Below are positions 10,141-20,645 of a DNA stretch of 64,000 nucleotides, one piece after another. This DNA comes from an archaeon (lineage in GTDB: Archaea > SpSt-1190 > DYHY01): NCBI GenBank assembly GCA_043803745.1, contig JAZDJS010000002.1, positions 16,581 through 80,580 on the forward strand. Direction: 5' to 3'. The notes under the pieces were generated by a model. It saw nothing but the letters and a program-made list of their open reading frames with translations, was not told where the DNA came from and did no database searches. How positions within the stretch are numbered: position 1 is the first letter of the stretch; each line of letters begins with the position of its first letter. A program made the translations under genes and the position numbers.

Positions 10141-10764
10141 ATGGGGTGCCGCATCCTTGTTGTGGGCGCGGGCAGCGATAGTGTTACGCTGAATTTTCTG
10201 GCTGGAAGCGAACCCGACCCCGCCGAAGCTGAAAAAGCCCAGATAAACGCATACCGGGAATTCATTGGGCGCAATCCGCCGTTTGACGAGGTTGCTGCAA
10301 TAGATTCCTATCGACGCAGCATCGAAAAGCTGAGAGAAAAAGGAATCGACCCGAAAGTGCAGTCGATTCTTGCAAGGGTGCCAACGGAATTTCTCCGTGA
10401 GCGGGAGGAAGCTGATGATAACTGGGACGCGCTTGTTTCAGGAACGCCGTTTGACGTTGTATTCGTCCCGCACGTCGTTGGATATTACACCGGAGCCGTC
10501 CGCTCATACCTACAGGCAAGGTCGCTGCTCAGGAACGCCGCCCGCTGCTGTAGGGACGGAGGTTCCCTGATAGCACTTGACTGCGACAAGGATTTCAGGC
10601 TTCCGTCCGGGGGAAGCCCCTCAGGTCCGCGGGAATACAAGCTAGGCTCCCTCCGGGAAACATATGAATTCCTCTGTCCGTCCGGCTTTTTCATCGAATC
10701 AATTAGGGATGGAAGTTCCGAATCAGTCCCGACCGATGTCGTCCTTTACAGGAAAGTCGCCTGA
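10141..10764 (+). CDS. Class I SAM-dependent methyltransferase-like protein
   Basis: ILVVGAGSD (motif I), FDVVF, RCCRDGGSLIALD. TTTTATAA about 25 nt before ATG 10141. Confidence 0.65.
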   Translation: MGCRILVVGAGSDSVTLNFLAGSEPDPAEAEKAQINAYREFIGRNPPFDEVAAIDSYRRSIEKLREKGIDPKVQSILARVPTEFLREREEADDNWDALVSGTPFDVVFVPHVVGYYTGAVRSYLQARSLLRNAARCCRDGGSLIALDCDKDFRLPSGGSPSGPREYKLGSLRETYEFLCPSGFFIESIRDGSSESVPTDVVLYRKVA

Positions 10765-10866
10765 AACGGAGGGGGGCGGGAAATCCGAACTTTCCGGGAT
10801 TCCGCCGAAGGAAGAAGCGCGCCCGCGGACGGTGAATGTTAAATATGCCGCGCGCCCCCGAGCATT

Positions 10867-11535
10867 ATGGGAGAAACCTCGAAAAGAGCACAGCAGTATT
10901 TTCCTGAGAGAAACGAGCCCCCTGAGCTCAGTCCGGAAAGCAGGAAGGACCCACTTAACAAGGCTCTTGCTGTAGCGGGGAAGCTTCGGGAAAAGATAGT
11001 TGCCCAAGCGAACTTTTCCGAGCCCTTCGAAGCGGCGGGCTTTCATGAGATAGGCAAGCTGGATTACTCTCCCGAATATGAGAAAATGGACGGCAAATTG
11101 AGGACCGCCCTGGGCTTTCCGAAAGAACTCACTTCCCCAGCAGAACTTGTTGCAAAGGCGGATTTGGAAACGCCAGCGATAGGACCCGTCACGGCATACC
11201 TAGAGTTCATTGCGGAGCACACGAAACGAACGGTTGACCACATCTGTAGGGCAGTTCATGCTTCCGGGCGAGAAGTTTCCAAAGGGCTTCTCGGGGGGCT
11301 TGCGGAAAAATCCCCAAAGTTCAAGGAAGTTTACAATTCAGTGAACGGCTTTGCGGGCAGGGGCAAGGAGATACTTGAAGGCGCTGCCGAAGCAATTGAG
11401 GAACTCGGAAAAAGGCCTTATTCGGAATATGAACGCCCCGAGGGGAAGGAGATACCCGGCATAGAAGCAGCCCAGAAAAAGCTCCGGGAAGGCCTTGCAG
11501 AGGCGTTTCAGCCGGAAATACCCGAAACCAGCTGA
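10867..11535 (+). CDS. Hypothetical helical protein
   Basis: 222-aa ORF with TTAAATA box upstream; no recognisable motif. Confidence 0.7.
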   Translation: MGETSKRAQQYFPERNEPPELSPESRKDPLNKALAVAGKLREKIVAQANFSEPFEAAGFHEIGKLDYSPEYEKMDGKLRTALGFPKELTSPAELVAKADLETPAIGPVTAYLEFIAEHTKRTVDHICRAVHASGREVSKGLLGGLAEKSPKFKEVYNSVNGFAGRGKEILEGAAEAIEELGKRPYSEYERPEGKEIPGIEAAQKKLREGLAEAFQPEIPETS

Positions 11536-11546
11536 AGCGAAAACCT

Positions 11547-12068
11547 GTTGCCCATTTCCTCTTCGGCCTAGGCCTTTTCTCCGCAATCAAGGTTTCCGGG
11601 CTTTCGTTCTGGTTCTACAAGGGGATAGGGTTCCTGGCAATCCTCATCGGCCTCGCCAACCTGAAGGACTTTTTCTGGTATGGCGGGGGCGGGTTCGTAA
11701 TGGAGATACCCAGAAACTGGAGGCCTGCCCTGAAGAAGCTGCTCTCCAGGGTGACTTCCCCCTTCGGCGCCTTTTTGATGGGGTTTGTCGTCTGCCTTTT
11801 CGAGCTTCCTTGCACCGGCGGGCCTTACATCTTCATACTCGGGCTCCTTGCGGAGAAGGCAACTTTCGTCTCAACCTTCCCGGTTCTTGCGATATACAAC
11901 ATCTTTTTCGTCCTGCCCTTGCTCCTGATAACCTTCGGGATATACCTTGGATTCTCCCAAGTCGAGACTGCGGCCGAGTGGAAGGAGAAAAACCTCCGGA
12001 ACCTTCACCTTGTCGCAGGGATAGTGATGCTGCTCCTGGGACTTGGGGTCGTCCTCGGGCTGATTTGA
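11547..12068 (+). pseudogene. 5'-truncated CcdA/DsbD-like cytochrome c biogenesis membrane protein
   Basis: Homologous frame extends upstream of ATG 11700 (HFLFGLGLF...NLKDFFWYGGGGF) and contains FELPCTGGPY. The N-terminal NPC Cys segment and a start codon are missing. Confidence 0.65.
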
Positions 12069-12162
12069 ACCGGGCGCCCTCGAGAATTCCAGCCCCCGGA
12101 ATCGCGGCCGGGAATTCTTTCCGAGAGGATTTTTATAAACTCCCGCCGGCAGGGGTCCGCAA

Positions 12163-12766
12163 ATGGAGGAAATTGCAAAGCCCGCGGCCGGGAACCGGGC
12201 GAAGGCCCGCCGGATGAAAGTCGCCTTCGTCAGCTACTACTACGAACCTCCGCCCGTCCGGCGTCGGCATCCATGTCAGGAATCTTGCGCGAGCCCTTGC
12301 CGCGAGGGACTGTGAGGTTCACGTTTTCTGCGGCAGTTCCGGACATGGCAGCTACCGGGAGGGCGGCGTAACTGTCCATAAAATAAAGAGCAGGCGCCCG
12401 AACGTCAGGGGGGAGTTCTCGCAGATGTGGCTCGAATATTACCTGTTCGAGTCCGAGGTTGTGCGCGCGCTAATAGGCGAGAACGCGAAAAGGCCGTTCG
12501 ACATACTTCACACCCACGGTTTCCTGACCGGCGCCGCATTCATCGTGAGGACCGCATGCGGGACGAAATGGATACACACCTTCCACGCGGTGGAACGCTC
12601 CCGCGTCAGGAAGCTTTCAAGGGAGGAGGAATCGTTCACTAGCCTCATCTCCTGGCTGGAAGACACGGTCAGGCATCTTCCGGTCGAACCCGGCGGACCT
12701 GTCGTTCAATCAACGTGTCCGAACTGGGCTGAAGAACGAACCCCTATTGCCCCTCGGCCGCATTGA
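12163..12766 (+). pseudogene. Glycosyltransferase family 4 remnant (N-terminal domain only, frameshifted)
   Basis: MKVAFVSYYYEPP, then a frameshift near 12255 to SGVGIHVRNLARALAARDCEVHVF...DILHTHG...IHTFH. Homology stops near 12676; no C-terminal domain. Confidence 0.75.
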
Positions 12767-13133
12767 ACAGGAAGGGCTTTCCGAAGGCCTCCCAGGAAAG
12801 CTCATCCGTCCCAAGGAAGATTTCAAGGATTTTTTCCGGAAGCGCGGCTTGCGGAATGATGCGTGTCTTCTGCCCCCTGGGATACCTTTCTCCGTTTTCA
12901 GTGACCTTGAAAAAGTCATATTTGATTTTTTCATCATCCGGAGAGATTTCCGGAGCATATTTTGCGGAACATTTGGGGTCAACCAGGGCGTTTTTCAGGG
13001 GACCCGTCTCATATCCATGTTCCGAGACGGTCCTAGTCACGGGGGGCTCCTGAAGAAGAACGGTCTTGTAATATGTCGTTACGTTCTTCTGTGCGGAATA
13101 TCTCTGAGCAAGCCCCGAATTAAAACTCCCCAT
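12744..13133 (-). CDS. Hypothetical protein
   Basis: 129-aa ATG ORF; its 3' end abuts the truncated GT4. Confidence 0.5.
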   Translation of the reverse strand: MGSFNSGLAQRYSAQKNVTTYYKTVLLQEPPVTRTVSEHGYETGPLKNALVDPKCSAKYAPEISPDDEKIKYDFFKVTENGERYPRGQKTRIIPQAALPEKILEIFLGTDELSWEAFGKPFLFNAAEGQ

Positions 13134-13186
13134 GATTGACTGGGACGGCGCGCCCCCTTATTTCTTTTTCCCTTTTCACGGGGTAA

Positions 13187-14413
13187 TTAGGCAGAAAACG
13201 CTCGCTTTTCGGGTTTTTCGGAGGTTTTCCCCCTCTTTCCCCTGAATGCGAAGCTTCCGGCGGTCGAGATTACGTTGGTCGCAAGTATTGTCAGAAAGAC
13301 CAGCTCCGGGAGATTCGGCATGGAAATGCCGTTCTCCATCGGAAGATATGCGAGGACTGCCGCGGCAAGGCCCCTCGGCATCATTGAGACGACTGCCGAA
13401 GCATTGGCCCAGAGCCGTTTTTCCACAAAGCCGACTACCCTGGTCGCCAGGCCCCTGGCGGCGATTATTGTCGCAAGTATCGCGCTTCCCATCAGGAGGA
13501 CGCCGAAGCCGATTGACCTGATGTTGAATATGAGTCCGAGGTAGACGAAGAAGAATGTCCTGACGAAGAAGGTCACCTCCGATTGGAACGACTTGAAGTT
13601 TTCGCCAAGGCGCAGGTCCGTCTTCATCCCCAGGCGTTTGGTTATGTATTCGATGTTCCCGAGTATCAGGCCGAAAACTAGGACGGCTATTGCCCCGCTC
13701 CCCCCGCTTGCTTCAACCAGGGGATAGAGGATGAAAAGGGTAGCAATCGTCAGCATGTATCCGAACGGCTTTCCGCGCATTTTCCTGAGCAGCAGCATCC
13801 ACAGGCCGGCGACAATGAGTCCCATCACGCAGGCGACGGCGAAGGCCGCCGCGAAGGTCTTGAGCGTCGGCCCGAAAGAAACTTCTCCGGAGCCGATTAT
13901 TTTCAGGACGGTCATTGCGGTGATTATGCACATCGCGTCCGTTAGCGCCGACTTCAGGCTCAGGACGATCTTGACCCGCTCATCAAGGTTCAGCTTCGGG
14001 ATTGTCGATATGACTATCGGCGAGCTGGTGCCGCCGACTATCGCGCCGAGGAGGATTCCGCCAAGTAGGGTCCAGCCGAACGCGACATGCATCAGGAAGC
14101 CGACTCCCGCGACCGTGAGGGAAAAAACCAGCAAAGTGAAAAAGGCCGTCAGGGGGAACGCCCCGAGGACATTCAGTATTTTCAGGTTCAGCCCGCCGTC
14201 GAAGAGGATTATTATGAGAGCAAGGGTTCCCACCAGCGGAGCGAACTTTGCGATTGTCGAGCCTTCGGTCGCCTTCATGAAACCGAAAACCGGACCCAGA
14301 AGGATTCCCGCGCCCATCAGTATGAGGGTGTCGGGTATCTTGGTTTTCTCGAAAAAAAGGCTGCTGAGGAAACCGAGGACTATTATCAAGCCTATTGCCA
14401 GTAATTCAATCAT
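13187..14413 (-). CDS. Cation:proton antiporter, CPA1 (NhaP2-like)
   Basis: ~12 TM; IILFDGGL, GGTSSPIV, FFVRTFFFVYLG. The usual LESALTD reads LKSALTD. Confidence 0.9.
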   Translation of the reverse strand: MIELLAIGLIIVLGFLSSLFFEKTKIPDTLILMGAGILLGPVFGFMKATEGSTIAKFAPLVGTLALIIILFDGGLNLKILNVLGAFPLTAFFTLLVFSLTVAGVGFLMHVAFGWTLLGGILLGAIVGGTSSPIVISTIPKLNLDERVKIVLSLKSALTDAMCIITAMTVLKIIGSGEVSFGPTLKTFAAAFAVACVMGLIVAGLWMLLLRKMRGKPFGYMLTIATLFILYPLVEASGGSGAIAVLVFGLILGNIEYITKRLGMKTDLRLGENFKSFQSEVTFFVRTFFFVYLGLIFNIRSIGFGVLLMGSAILATIIAARGLATRVVGFVEKRLWANASAVVSMMPRGLAAAVLAYLPMENGISMPNLPELVFLTILATNVISTAGSFAFRGKRGKTSEKPEKRAFSA

Positions 14414-14559
14414 TTTCCCGAAGCCACTTGTCCCTACTAAAATAGCTTTCTTTTGGCAGGGATCAGGCGCCCGTAAAGCGGAAAAAAGGCGGGACTGCCG
14501 GGTTTCTCCCGGGCGGGAAAAGGCAAGATATTAAAGAGCCGTCAGGGGTCAGGCTCCGA

Positions 14560-16119
14560 ATGGCGGAAGCCCTAGTCTCTTTCATCCCAACCCTGCTCGA
14601 GCTGCTGATAATAGCCGCCATTGTCTCCGTTTTCACGCAAAAATACGCCAAGCTACCTTACACGGTCGCCCTCCTTCTGACGGGGCTGCTGGCTGCCGCA
14701 ATGGGACTTGTCCCGAGAATCCTGCTGGAAAAGGACCTGCTTTTCGCACTTTTCCTCCCGCCGCTCATTTTCGAGGCAACCTTGAACACGAGCCTCTCGC
14801 ATTTCAAGGAGAACTTCCGGCCAATCCTGATATATTCGGTTTTCGGGGTCTTTCTCTCGTCATTTATTGTCGGCTTTCTGGTTCACAAGATTTTGGGGGT
14901 TCCGCTTTTCGCGGCAATGATTTTCGGCTCCCTGATATCGGCGACAGACCCGGTCGCGGTAATCTCCCTGTTCAAGCAGGTGCGCGTCCCGCAGAGGCTT
15001 TCGGTGATAATGGAAGGGGAGAGCATACTGAACGACGGGACATCGATAGTCATCTTCACCCTCTTCTTGGCGATAATGAAGACCGGGGAATTCAGCTTTC
15101 TTGGGTCGGTGTTTTCGTTCTTCAAGGTGACTTTGGGGGGTGTCGCGGTTGGCGTGGCAATAGGCTATCTTGCCTCGGAGATTTTCAAGAGGACGGACGA
15201 CCATCTAATCGAAACCGTGCTGTCGGTCATACTTGCATACGGCTCTTTTTTCGTTGCGGAGACCCTCGGGTTTTCCGGGATTGTCGCGGTCGCCCTAACG
15301 GGTCTTTTGGTCGGAAACCCGAAAGGAGAATATCATTTCTCCCCCCAGACGAAGACATTCCTCCTGCCTTTCTGGGAATTCCTTGCGTTCATCATAAATT
15401 CCCTGATTTTCCTGATAATAGGCGGGAACATAAATTTCTCCCTTTTCGCCGAAAGGGCCTGGTTGATTCTCGTGACAATCGGGGTCGTCGTTTTGGCGAG
15501 AGCCGCCGTAGTATACGGTCTGGGAAACGCCCTGAACACGAGAAAACCAGAGGGAGCAATCCCATTTTCGTGGCAGCACGTTATTTTCTGGGGAGGCCTT
15601 CGCGGGGCAATACCCCTGGCTCTTGTCCTCTCCCTTCCGGACACTTTCGCATTCAAGGACCTTTTCTTCCATGTCACCCTGGGGGTGGTTTTCTTCACGA
15701 TAGTTGTCTGTGGGACGACAATCAAGCCACTGATAGATTTCCTCAGGATAGTGAAAAAATCCGAAATCAGGGAGCGCTACCTGAACGCGATGGCGGTTAT
15801 TTCCGCCTCCGCAAGGGCGCTGCGCGCGGTAAGGAGAATGAAACTGCGCGGGGAGCTGCATGAGAAAACCTACAAAAGGGTGAATGCATATATCGAGAAG
15901 CGGAATGAGAAAGCCAAGGCGGAGTCGGACAGGTTGATCTCAGGCAACAGGGAGCTTTTGGATTATGAGGCGCGGCGCGGGATAAAGAAAGCGCTTGTTG
16001 AGCTGAAAAGCGGGCTCATGGACGCCAATAGGCAGGGGCTTCTGTCTGAAGGGGGCCTTGACCAGGAAATCTCCAGAATAGAGACTGAGCTTTCGAAAGC
16101 CCCCGGAAAGAAATCCTGA
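14560..16119 (+). CDS. Na+/H+ antiporter, CPA1 (NhaP/YjcE family)
   Basis: FLPPLIFEA, SATDPVAV, EGESILNDG, WGGLRGAI. Confidence 0.92.
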   Translation: MAEALVSFIPTLLELLIIAAIVSVFTQKYAKLPYTVALLLTGLLAAAMGLVPRILLEKDLLFALFLPPLIFEATLNTSLSHFKENFRPILIYSVFGVFLSSFIVGFLVHKILGVPLFAAMIFGSLISATDPVAVISLFKQVRVPQRLSVIMEGESILNDGTSIVIFTLFLAIMKTGEFSFLGSVFSFFKVTLGGVAVGVAIGYLASEIFKRTDDHLIETVLSVILAYGSFFVAETLGFSGIVAVALTGLLVGNPKGEYHFSPQTKTFLLPFWEFLAFIINSLIFLIIGGNINFSLFAERAWLILVTIGVVVLARAAVVYGLGNALNTRKPEGAIPFSWQHVIFWGGLRGAIPLALVLSLPDTFAFKDLFFHVTLGVVFFTIVVCGTTIKPLIDFLRIVKKSEIRERYLNAMAVISASARALRAVRRMKLRGELHEKTYKRVNAYIEKRNEKAKAESDRLISGNRELLDYEARRGIKKALVELKSGLMDANRQGLLSEGGLDQEISRIETELSKAPGKKS

Positions 16120-16339
16120 GTATGTGGATTCGTTGGGCGGGGCGAAGGTTTCCTCAACGGATTTGCGCAGCTTCCTGGGGGAGGCCGTCAGTTCCAGGGA
16201 AAATATCCGGGATTTTCAATCCCAAAAAAGTCGGGAGGAAGACAGGAAAGGCGGAATCTACGTTTTCACTGAAAGGCCCGAAAATGGCTAATAAAGAATT
16301 TCATCAGTTTTCCGGATATTCCCGCGTCCTCTGCGTCGT

Positions 16340-17416
16340 TCAAGGCAGCTCGACAAGACCCTTGAAAAACGGAATCAATACCTCTTTCAGGGCATACAGT
16401 TGCTCGCCGAAAAGAACGACAATGAAGACCGCATATATCCCCATGAGAATCATCCCCTGCCTCTTTCCGAAAGTTCCCTCGCTGAGGAAATACCAGAAAA
16501 CTATGTTTGTCAACAGCGAGAACAGGACCAGAGTCGAGAAGAAATGCACGTTTATTTTGGTTGGCGAGAGAAGCAGGGAAACCCCGAGGACAAGCGTGAG
16601 GTTGGCGACCGTGCTCCCGATGGCATCCCCGAGGGCGATTCCAATCCGGCCCTTACTGAGCGCGGTCAATTCCACCGCAAGCTCCGGAACGGACGTCCCG
16701 AAGGCAATGACGACAGCGCCCACGACGGACTTGGCTATCCCCAGCGAGGTAGCAAGACCGCTCCCGGAGCTCACGACAAATCCGGAGCTCACGACAATCC
16801 CGATTGTCCCGATTATGAGGTGCAGCAGGGATCGCGCAAGATCCTTCTCCTTTTGGCCCATTCCGCTGCCACCGAATAGGGCCCTGTCTTCGATGTGAAG
16901 CTTGCTTATTTTCGAGGACCTTCCCGAATTTTGCTGGACGATCTCGATCTCATGCACCTTCTCCTTGCTGCGGATGAGCGTATAGCAGAAGAAAAGGAAA
17001 AGCGCGATGAGGAGCGCGCCCGTCACCCGGTTCAGAGAGGGCACGAGCATGAAGACCACCAGGGTCGTCGATGTGAGCAGAAGCGCGGCGGAAAGCTTTT
17101 TCAGGATGCTTCGGGTCTTCACGACCTTCGGATAAAGATAGAATCCGAGGCCAAGGACCAGCGCGATGTCAACGATGTTGGAGCCGAAAATGTTGCCTAT
17201 GGAAAGCCCGATTTTCTCCGAAGTCGAGGAATTGACCGAAACCATCAGTTCCGGAAGGCTCGTCAGGACCGATATCATGATGAACCCGATGGCAAGCTCG
17301 CTCAGCTTGAGGAGTTTCGCCAGGCGGACGCCGCTGTTGACAACCCAGTCCGAGAACAGGGCAAGGGCGATGAGGGATATTGCCAGCACGAGGGCATTCA
17401 AAATTGCCGGATGCAT
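16340..17416 (-). CDS. Ca2+/Na+ antiporter (YrbG/CaCA family)
   Basis: Alpha repeats TSLPEL..GNIFGSN and GTSVPEL..GDAIGS. Confidence 0.92.
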   Translation of the reverse strand: MHPAILNALVLAISLIALALFSDWVVNSGVRLAKLLKLSELAIGFIMISVLTSLPELMVSVNSSTSEKIGLSIGNIFGSNIVDIALVLGLGFYLYPKVVKTRSILKKLSAALLLTSTTLVVFMLVPSLNRVTGALLIALFLFFCYTLIRSKEKVHEIEIVQQNSGRSSKISKLHIEDRALFGGSGMGQKEKDLARSLLHLIIGTIGIVVSSGFVVSSGSGLATSLGIAKSVVGAVVIAFGTSVPELAVELTALSKGRIGIALGDAIGSTVANLTLVLGVSLLLSPTKINVHFFSTLVLFSLLTNIVFWYFLSEGTFGKRQGMILMGIYAVFIVVLFGEQLYALKEVLIPFFKGLVELP

Positions 17417-17462
17417 TCCATTGAACCCCTATTTATTCCAATATAAATAAGTTGCCTGTGCG

Positions 17463-17997
17463 TGCTCAGGGAGTTTCGGTTTTCTTCGAGACCAGTTCCG
17501 CTATCCCGAGGAGCGCCCTGAAAACCCACTCAAGAACGACCAAGACTATCAGGAAGGCTTCGGTCTTGCCCAATTGCTGATAGAACCCAAGGGCCTTCGG
17601 TAGGAAGGTTGCCAGGGTCAGGTTCGAGGGCGCATACAGGAAAGTCGCCAGGAATCTGGCCCGGACTCCCTTGAGCGGCGAAAGGGCGTTCTCCCGGAAC
17701 TGCTTTTCAGCCCTCGCCCGCCGCGGACTTGACCCCGATTTCGGCGTTGAGACCGGGATTAACATTGAATTTATCCTTGGCAGGCTCGGACAGCTGGCGG
17801 AAATCGGCATCGGGAAGATAGACCCGGTTTTCAAGGGAACCCTCGGGCCGAAGGAAATGAAGCGCCGGGCGGGAAGGATTGCCAATGCAATATTTTCTCG
17901 GGCAAGGAAATATGGGCGGGCCGAGGCCGTCCGCAAAGCAAGAGGCCTCCGCCGGCTTTACTTTGAGAACTTGGCGCGCCTGGAATCGGTTCTGTAG
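17463..17997 (+). pseudogene. GT2 (GpgS-like) glycosyltransferase C-terminal remnant
   Basis: PLSGERAF...FGVETGINIE...LAEIGIG resembles the GpgS-type C-terminal half. In-frame stops at 17578-17583; no N-terminal DxD domain. Confidence 0.5.
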
Positions 17998-18014
17998 GGA
18001 GACTTTGTCAGTGC

Positions 18015-20477
18015 CTATTTTCTTCCAACTTCCCTTACTTCCTCGGAAATTTCCTTCGGGATGCTCCCTTCCGGGGCACCTCTTCCTTCATCGACTGCAA
18101 GGGCGCGGGCCCTCAGAAGGAAAATCCCGGCAATTGCGAGGATGCAGACAAGGAGACCCGGCACCAGGAACCTTGCGATTTCCTGGAGGAACGGGAATTT
18201 CCTTGAGAGCGGAAGCGGCTGGGGGGTTGAGAGCTCTTCGGCAAAATCGTCAAGAACCGAAAGGTTCACAAAAGCGGGCAGGGAATTCGTGGTTTCTTTC
18301 GGAGGGCTTGTCGTCGTTATCCTGGACGGGATGCTTGTGGTTGATGAAGATACCGGAGCAGTTGATGTGGAGCTTGTTGTTGTTCCCGGAAAAACCCCGC
18401 TCCCGCCCCCTCCCGAAACCGAGGTTGTTGTCGGAGGTGAGGTTGTAGTTGTCGTCGTTGCGGGAGGACAGGTCGGACAATTGGTCCCCCCGCAATCAAC
18501 ACCCTCCTCATCATAATTCTCAACCCCATCTTCGCACTGCTCTTCAAGGGTATAGTTGCTGAAGAAGGGAACGGTGACGTTGAACTCCTCCGCAGCCTGG
18601 TTGAACGACTGGTCCGCGCACCCCCCGCAGTCGGCGCCGTCTCGTTTCACAACCGGGAACGAAAAATTCGCCCCGAGGAAGGTTATCCTCGCGCTCCGGT
18701 TGAACTCCGGGATTGCCGAGCTGTTTATGAAAATCGAGTTGTTTGCGACAATTATCAGCCCGGAAAGGTTCCTGCTTTCCGAAAGGTTCAGGGGCTCCGC
18801 GAAGACTAGTTTCCCGTGACCGTTTGAGAAAGTTACGTTGCTTATGTTCGCAAGAACCGAGTTGTTGTACTGGGAGAAGTTCGTTGTGCCGGGACCCCAC
18901 GCGCTTTCATTCAGCGTTATGTTGACGGGCGGTTCCGCAGGCGGTTCCGTAAGCGTTGAGAAGCTGAACGTCCCGTTCCTTGCGCAGTTCCCCGAGGAAT
19001 CGCAGGAGGTTGCGTTGAAGTAGTAGGCGGTTTCCGGGGAAAGCTGGGCGAGTGAAAGGGTTTGCGAAAGGGAGAAACTTCCGGAAGAGGAAACGTTCCC
19101 GAAGGCAATTGTTGTTCCCCAAGCAAGCGTAAGATTGGCGCTTTCATTCGTCTCAACGGTGATGTTCGCGCTTGAGATTCCCGCAGAGGAATCCGCTGTC
19201 AGGATTGCCGGGGGCGTGCTGTCGCCGGCTCCTCCAGCAGTCCTGTTCGAGAGCGGGATATAGTCGATTACGGAAGAGCTGTTGTAAATCGAATCGCAAA
19301 TCCCATCTTCCCCCCCGTCAGCGCAGGTGTCGGAAAACCCGTTCCCGTTCGTGCGCCCCCAGTAGTTCCCGCCGTAGCAGCCCCCTCCGGAAATGCCCGT
19401 CCTTGAGCAGTTCTGCGTCGTGTTGAAGCTGTTCGTGCCGTTGCCGTTCGACGCGGAGGAGCTTGTGTTGAAGAAATTGTTGTAGAACGAGTTCCATCCC
19501 GCCGAGCCGTAGAGGACGAACGGATATGTGTAGTTCCAGAACCGGTTGTCCCGGAAGACGGTGTCCTTGAGCGAAATCGCCGAAATCCCGTAGCTGGTTC
19601 CAACCCCGCTCGAGAAATTGTTCCCCTCTATTGTGTTGTTCTGCGCGGAATCGGAAAAGCTTATCCCGTCCCGCGTCCGGATAATCGAGTTCCCCGAGAT
19701 ATTTGCCGTCCGCATCCCGTAGAGGTTCATTGCCGAGCCGTTCAGGTCCGTGAAATTGTTCCCGGTAATGTTCGTCAGGCTGACGACAAGGGAGCTTGAA
19801 ATTGTTATTCCGGAGCCGAGAATCTGCTCGAAGGTATTCTGGGAGATTGCCGAGGAGGTGAGTTGGGTGTCAATGTCGATTTCCGGATACCCCGTCGAGC
19901 GGTTCCTTGAGAAATAGTTCGAGGAAATCGTGCTGTATCTGACGCTTCCCGTCGGGAAGCTTATTGCCCGGAGGGTCTGGTTCACGAACCGGTTCCCGCA
20001 AATGAAGTAGTAGTATGCGCTCTTGGCGACAATGCCATCCCCGTTCTCGGTGAAATTGTTGTAGGTTATGTTCAGGTAGTCGTTGTTCAGGTTGTCAATC
20101 CCGTATGTGTTGTTGAAGAACGTGTTGTTCGTGATGTAGTCCTTGTTCGAGAACTCCGAGAACGAGGCGTAATAGCCCCACTTGTAATTCCTGATTGTGC
20201 AGCCGGTGACCGTTGTGTTCGAAACGCTCTGGAGCGTAACCGCCTTGTAGTTCAAGGAGGCGTTCTCTCCCTCAATTACCGAGCCGTTGCAGTCAAGGGT
20301 TCCTCCAGTGGCATTCAGTATGAAGCGGACCTTCGAATAGGCTCCGGTGCAGAGGCTGAAACTGCCGCTGACCCCGACCTGGCTGTCGTTTGCGGGCGTT
20401 GTGCAAGAGGAAAACGCCGGAAAGATGACAAGCAGCGTGAAAACAAAGACTGCGGGAAAAATCCGGTTCACGAACAT
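18015..20477 (-). CDS. Surface glycoprotein: NosD/CASH parallel beta-helix, Fn3-like domain, Cys motif, Thr-rich stalk, C-terminal TM
   Basis: Signal peptide; ITNNTFFNN repeats; GGNYW; LSPETAYYF; CEDGVENYDEEGVDCGGTNCPTC; TM plus charged tail. Confidence 0.88.
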   Translation of the reverse strand: MFVNRIFPAVFVFTLLVIFPAFSSCTTPANDSQVGVSGSFSLCTGAYSKVRFILNATGGTLDCNGSVIEGENASLNYKAVTLQSVSNTTVTGCTIRNYKWGYYASFSEFSNKDYITNNTFFNNTYGIDNLNNDYLNITYNNFTENGDGIVAKSAYYYFICGNRFVNQTLRAISFPTGSVRYSTISSNYFSRNRSTGYPEIDIDTQLTSSAISQNTFEQILGSGITISSSLVVSLTNITGNNFTDLNGSAMNLYGMRTANISGNSIIRTRDGISFSDSAQNNTIEGNNFSSGVGTSYGISAISLKDTVFRDNRFWNYTYPFVLYGSAGWNSFYNNFFNTSSSASNGNGTNSFNTTQNCSRTGISGGGCYGGNYWGRTNGNGFSDTCADGGEDGICDSIYNSSSVIDYIPLSNRTAGGAGDSTPPAILTADSSAGISSANITVETNESANLTLAWGTTIAFGNVSSSGSFSLSQTLSLAQLSPETAYYFNATSCDSSGNCARNGTFSFSTLTEPPAEPPVNITLNESAWGPGTTNFSQYNNSVLANISNVTFSNGHGKLVFAEPLNLSESRNLSGLIIVANNSIFINSSAIPEFNRSARITFLGANFSFPVVKRDGADCGGCADQSFNQAAEEFNVTVPFFSNYTLEEQCEDGVENYDEEGVDCGGTNCPTCPPATTTTTTSPPTTTSVSGGGGSGVFPGTTTSSTSTAPVSSSTTSIPSRITTTSPPKETTNSLPAFVNLSVLDDFAEELSTPQPLPLSRKFPFLQEIARFLVPGLLVCILAIAGIFLLRARALAVDEGRGAPEGSIPKEISEEVREVGRK

Positions 20478-20645
20478 GAATTACCTCTTCCAGTTCTTCA
20501 ATTGGGTTCTCGGCGATTTTTATATCCTTTCCCCCGTTAGATTGTCCCTTTGGCGGGAGAGCCGGCAAGCCCGTTTCCCGCCGCAAAATCCGCTAAAAAG
20601 CATTTATACTGACTGCAGTGACATTCAAGGGAAGGGTTGGCTAGG

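Noticed and set aside
16124-16291. 55-aa GTG ORF after the Na+/H+ antiporter
   Set aside because: No motif or clear start signal; cannot be supported.
17466-17936. Minus-strand 156-aa ORF with a hydrophobic end
   Set aside because: The plus strand shows GT2-like motifs, so this is likely a shadow ORF.
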